Origin: an uncultured delta proteobacterium
GTDB lineage: Bacteria > Desulfobacterota > BSN033 > UBA1163
Reading direction: 5' to 3'
Assembly: GCA_963708295.1 (NCBI GenBank)
Contig: CAVPSJ010000008.1
Location: 64,001-128,000, forward strand
DNA: 64,000 bases
Of the stretch, positions 60,396-64,000 are shown one piece after another. Within the stretch, counting starts at the first letter, position 1. Every line of letters begins with the position of its first letter. Both the position numbers and the translations under genes were made by a program. The notes under the pieces are model-generated. The model had not been told where the DNA came from, did no database searches, and saw only the letters and a list, made by a program, of their open reading frames with translations.

Positions 60396-60527
60396 TTAAA
60401 ACCTCTTCCGGTAATAACCCCTCATTGGCCATTCCGATAGGGATGCGAATTCGTCCCGAAGCGAATCAGAGTAGGCTTGGTCTTACACGTGTGGCCTTGC
60501 CCCGGTTCTGGCGGCTGAGGTGGAAAT

Positions 60528-61451
60528 TCATTTTATGGAATGATAACACTGAGTGATGGCTTCTTTCAGTTTCTGCCGGGCATTGGAAGGGGAGAGGGTG
60601 GGTCGAAAAGCAAAAACGCGTTGAGCCTTTCCAGTACTTAATTCCCAGGCGTCGGCTAAAAACGGGGCTCCCTTCCACTCTTTTGCAGAGATCACTTCGA
60701 GAGTAGAAGAGGAATTGGTTACCTCGATGATGATCCGGGCAACCTCCTCCCAGCTAAGAAAAAGGGTGGAGAGGTTGAATATTTCTCCAAAGGTCTTCGG
60801 CTTTTGTGAAGCAAGCAAGAGGGCGTTCCCGAGGTCATCCAGATGGAGGAAGCTTCCACCGGCGCCTCTGGGGACCATCAAAGGCTCCCCTGCTTGCCCA
60901 CGCTTGATCAGGTCACGAAGATGCCTCCCGCCAATCTCTTCGCCGTAGGACCACCGGAATCGGAAAATCGTCACAGGCAGTGCCTTGGTTTTAAAATAAG
61001 CCAACAAAAGCTTTTCTGCGGTCAGTTTGGCGATTCCGTAAAATGGTTTTCTCGCATCTTCGACCAAGCACGGATCTTCTTCGGTGATGGCAGATTTGGT
61101 GGGTTTGCCGTAGACGACTGCAGTGCTGGTGTAAAAGAAGTGAGAGATCTTTTCGGCCGCTGCCGCTTCTAGCAATAGGACATGCCCTTTGAGGTCGCTG
61201 GCCAAGAGCTCCATCGGGTCGTCAGAAAAGGACCAAGCCAGATGGACAATCACATCGGTCCCCTTGACGGCTCCACGGACGGCGGATGGGTCTTCTATCT
61301 CTCCTTTTATCAGTTCTAAATTTCTATGGTCCAACGATTGGAACTGATCAGCCTTTTTATCTAAAACCCTTATAGAATGTCCCTTGTCTAAGAGAAATCG
61401 GGTGAGGCCTTGTCCCACGGATCCAGCCCCACCCGTAATCAAGAATTTCAT
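60528..61451 (-). CDS. NAD-dependent epimerase/dehydratase (extended SDR)
   Basis: ITGGAGSVG, VHLA, TSTAVVYG, YGIAK. Confidence 0.9.
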   Translation of the reverse strand: MKFLITGGAGSVGQGLTRFLLDKGHSIRVLDKKADQFQSLDHRNLELIKGEIEDPSAVRGAVKGTDVIVHLAWSFSDDPMELLASDLKGHVLLLEAAAAEKISHFFYTSTAVVYGKPTKSAITEEDPCLVEDARKPFYGIAKLTAEKLLLAYFKTKALPVTIFRFRWSYGEEIGGRHLRDLIKRGQAGEPLMVPRGAGGSFLHLDDLGNALLLASQKPKTFGEIFNLSTLFLSWEEVARIIIEVTNSSSTLEVISAKEWKGAPFLADAWELSTGKAQRVFAFRPTLSPSNARQKLKEAITQCYHSIK

Positions 61452-61469
61452 GATGATGGTCCTGAGGAC

Positions 61470-62978
61470 TTAACTTTTAGTCGCCTTCTTAGCAGATTCC
61501 TTCTTTCTCCACTTGGAGATCGTTGGCCAGAAGAAGAGGAAGAGGGCGATCAACATTAACGGAAGCGCAATCGGAGGCCTGAAGAAGATCAGGGGATTGC
61601 CGTGACCCATGATGAGGGCTTGTCTCGCGGCTGACTCGGCCAGATTTCCAAGAACTAAGGCCAGCACCATCGGTGCCATGGGGTAGTCGAGTTTTTTGAA
61701 GAGATACCCAACGATACCGAAGATGATCATGTAGTAAATATCGATCATCCTGTTATTGACTGCAAAGGCGCCGATGGCGCAGACGTAGATGATGATGGGC
61801 ATCAGGATGCTGAATTTGATCCTGAGGATCGCTGCAAAGGCCGGAGCAAAGGCCAGGACAAGGATGAGACCCAGGAAATTGGCCACCCAGATGCTGCCGA
61901 TAAATCCCCAGACGAAATCGGCATGCTCCTTGAAAAGCATGGGTCCGGGTTGAAGCCCCATGATCATCAGGCCGCCCATGATGACGGCCATGGTCGGGGA
62001 ACCCGGAATACCAAGGGTAATCATGGGAAGTGTGGCGGCGGTTCCAGCGCCGTGACCGGCTGCCTCCGGTGCAATAATACCTGAAGAAGCCCCTTTACCA
62101 AATTGATCTTTATCGGCTGCTGAACTTTTGGCGAAGCCATAAGCCATGAAAGAGGCCGGTGTTGCCCCTCCTGGCTGGATGCCCAGCCAGCATCCGATCA
62201 GGGAACCCATGATGAGTATCCTTCGAAATCGTAAGAGATCCCTCAAACCATCCCAGATGTCTTTCAATGTTACCTTGGCCTTGACCCCCTCCATCTTGAG
62301 GCCTTCTTCAACGGTGAGGAAAATCTCCCCAAGCCCAAAGAGTCCGATGACAGCGACAATGAAGTGGAACCCTCCCATGAGAGGCACCGTGCCAAAGGTC
62401 ATGCGGAGTTTTCCGCTCACGATGTCCATCCCCACAGCCGCCAGAATGAATCCGAGGAAAATAGCGACCAGGGACTTTAAAGCGGATTTTCCACCCAATC
62501 GGGTCATGGCGCTGAAGGTGAGAACCATCACAGCAGCGGTTTCAGGAGGTCCAAACCTTAAGGCGAACTCCGCAATGATCGGAGCAAAAAAGGTAAGCAA
62601 AATGACGCCTATAATCGCCCCGACACCATGCGATAAGAAGGACAAGACCAGGGCCTTTCCTGCCCGTCCGCTCTTGGCCATAGGGTATCCGTCAAAAGTA
62701 ACCGCTACGGCCCAGGGTTCGCCGGGGATATTAAACAGGATGGAACAGATGCCTCCCCCATAAAGCGCCCCCCAGTAGATACATGCCAGCAGAATCACAG
62801 CCGACGTAGGACTCATGGCAAAGGTAATAGGGATCAGGATAGCAACTCCATTTGCTCCACCCAGACCCGGCAGGACCCCTACGATGATTCCTAAAATGAG
62901 ACCGACCATAGCGATCATAATATTGTAGGGCTGCACGGCAACGCTCAAACCCATGATCCAATTAGAAAAGATATCCAA
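61470..62978 (-). CDS. tctA: Tripartite tricarboxylate transporter permease TctA
   Basis: GVLPGLG, YGG.I.SILFNIPG, DGYPMAK.GRAG.AL, LGIPGS.T.A, PGP.LF. Confidence 0.95.
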   Translation of the reverse strand: MDIFSNWIMGLSVAVQPYNIMIAMVGLILGIIVGVLPGLGGANGVAILIPITFAMSPTSAVILLACIYWGALYGGGICSILFNIPGEPWAVAVTFDGYPMAKSGRAGKALVLSFLSHGVGAIIGVILLTFFAPIIAEFALRFGPPETAAVMVLTFSAMTRLGGKSALKSLVAIFLGFILAAVGMDIVSGKLRMTFGTVPLMGGFHFIVAVIGLFGLGEIFLTVEEGLKMEGVKAKVTLKDIWDGLRDLLRFRRILIMGSLIGCWLGIQPGGATPASFMAYGFAKSSAADKDQFGKGASSGIIAPEAAGHGAGTAATLPMITLGIPGSPTMAVIMGGLMIMGLQPGPMLFKEHADFVWGFIGSIWVANFLGLILVLAFAPAFAAILRIKFSILMPIIIYVCAIGAFAVNNRMIDIYYMIIFGIVGYLFKKLDYPMAPMVLALVLGNLAESAARQALIMGHGNPLIFFRPPIALPLMLIALFLFFWPTISKWRKKESAKKATKS

Positions 62979-63002
62979 TGTCGTTCCTCCTTCCGGTTGG
63001 GA

Positions 63003-63489
63003 TTAAAAGGGCATAAGAGCCAAAATATTTTTTCCCCACACCCCTTCAGGCAGGGGAATTAAAAATATTTTGTCAAATAAGACATAGACGACCAGAGGCA
63101 CAAGAACACTCAAGAGGATCACTTTGCCCCAATGTATCCTCCCCACAACTCCCATATAGAATGCAAGATAGAGGACCGTGGCCAAATGGAGCCCGAGCAG
63201 TTCTGTCAATAGAACTACCCCGATGGCAGGAAGCAATACCCAGAGAATCTGAGCGGTACCTCCCTCCGGGACCAGGGGTTTTCCAGGCTCCTTCTTTCCT
63301 ATAAATCTTTATAGCCTTCAGCAGGATAAAGAAGGTGCTGATGACGATCCCCAAACCCATATAGAACGGGAAAAATCCTGATTCGGGACCACTCATTCCC
63401 CATCCAAAGCCCAGTCTCACGGCATCTCCAAGCGCCAGAAGCCCAACCACCATTAAACCCAACGCCACGACAATGTCGGCCTTTCGCAT
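63003..63489 (-). CDS. tctB: TctB small membrane subunit; frameshift near 63280
   Basis: GWG.SGP.SGFFPFY and LGLH.AT...LFD..FLIPLP.G in two overlapping ORFs. Confidence 0.85.
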
Positions 63490-63535
63490 CTTTCCTCCCT
63501 TTAAGACGCTCCTCAAAATTCAAACGTCATAGAAG

Positions 63536-63568
63536 GTAAGGGAACAGGAGATCCTCCCGTTCCCTTAC
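63536..63568 (-). terminator. Intercistronic hairpin after tctC
   Basis: GTAAGGGAAC...GTTCCCTTAC perfect 10-bp outer stem. Confidence 0.55.
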
Positions 63569-63588
63569 GAAGGCTTGTTTTTCCTCTA

Positions 63589-64000
63589 TTACTTGATCAA
63601 TCCTCCCTTGGTCATGAGGTCTTTATGAATGACTTCCTGCTCTCCGACCCATTTGGCATAATCAGGGCCTGAAAGGAACGCTGCCTTAAGACCCATGTCT
63701 GAGACGTATTTTTTCCATTCCGGGAGTTTCGGTGACTTTCTTCAAACAGTCCACATAGAAATCCTGCTGCTCTTTTGTGATGCCGGGGGCTGCAAAGATA
63801 CCACGAAGCATCAGATAGCTCATATCCACACCCGTAGCTTCCTTCATCGTCGGAATCTTATCCCACTCCGGAAGGGCAATGCGCGCGTGATCAATGGTCG
63901 CTAACGGTTTCAGTCTTCCCGCCTTCCAGTGGCTGACGGCTTCTGCAGGATTGTTGACTGTTGAATTGATGTGCTTGCCGACGAGCTCGACCGCCACATC
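63589..64000 (-). CDS. tctC: TctC substrate-binding protein, C-terminal part (runs off the window; frameshift near 63720)
   Basis: NNP.E...W.AG.LKPLA, IPTMKEA, MLRGIFAAPG; ends ...GGLIK*. Confidence 0.85.

Noticed and set aside
20288-64000. About 15 frameshifts (kinase, aldolase, tctC/A/B, decarboxylase-like gene, both ArsA genes, macA) as programmed recoding or mass pseudogenisation
   Set aside because: Single-base indels with no in-frame stops, intact motifs on both sides and one compensating pair fit long-read consensus error; reads are needed to settle it.
1-64000. tRNA, rRNA, known riboswitches, Sec/Pyl readthrough
   Set aside because: No cloverleaf, rRNA signature or riboswitch consensus recognised by eye, and no in-frame TGA/TAG within conserved domains; an Infernal/Rfam scan would be needed to exclude them.

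Overview
A 64-kb bacterial chromosomal segment. Gene content (carD-yacL-ispD-ispF-gltX-cysS, kdsB, birA-coaX, a stand-alone EF-G paralogue, a small diheme cytochrome, several sigma-54 promoters) points to an anaerobic deltaproteobacterium/Desulfobacterota; this is an inference. About 15 single-base frameshifts in otherwise intact genes look like long-read assembly errors. I found no rRNA, tRNA, CRISPR array, integrase or phage gene. Most of the window is housekeeping, transport (two tripartite tricarboxylate transporters, a MacAB-type ABC system) and signalling. Best leads: (1) an unannotated Phe/Tyr/Trp-rich leader peptide (MFNFCFFYFYFWKGHP) with antiterminator and two tandem terminators ahead of a class I aminotransferase; (2) an operon of cstA, a 90-aa membrane-associated protein and two ArsA/Get3-like ATPases, one of which has Asn at the catalytic switch I Asp; (3) six intergenic hairpins built from 7-nt periodic repeats that share architecture but not sequence, all between co-oriented genes; (4) two loci (comM and an M20 peptidase) where small cargo genes lie between a core gene and a diverged copy of that gene's 3' end, with no integrase; (5) a GC-rich carboxylate uptake and catabolism cluster. 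Protein identifications come from recognised motifs; no database searches were run.
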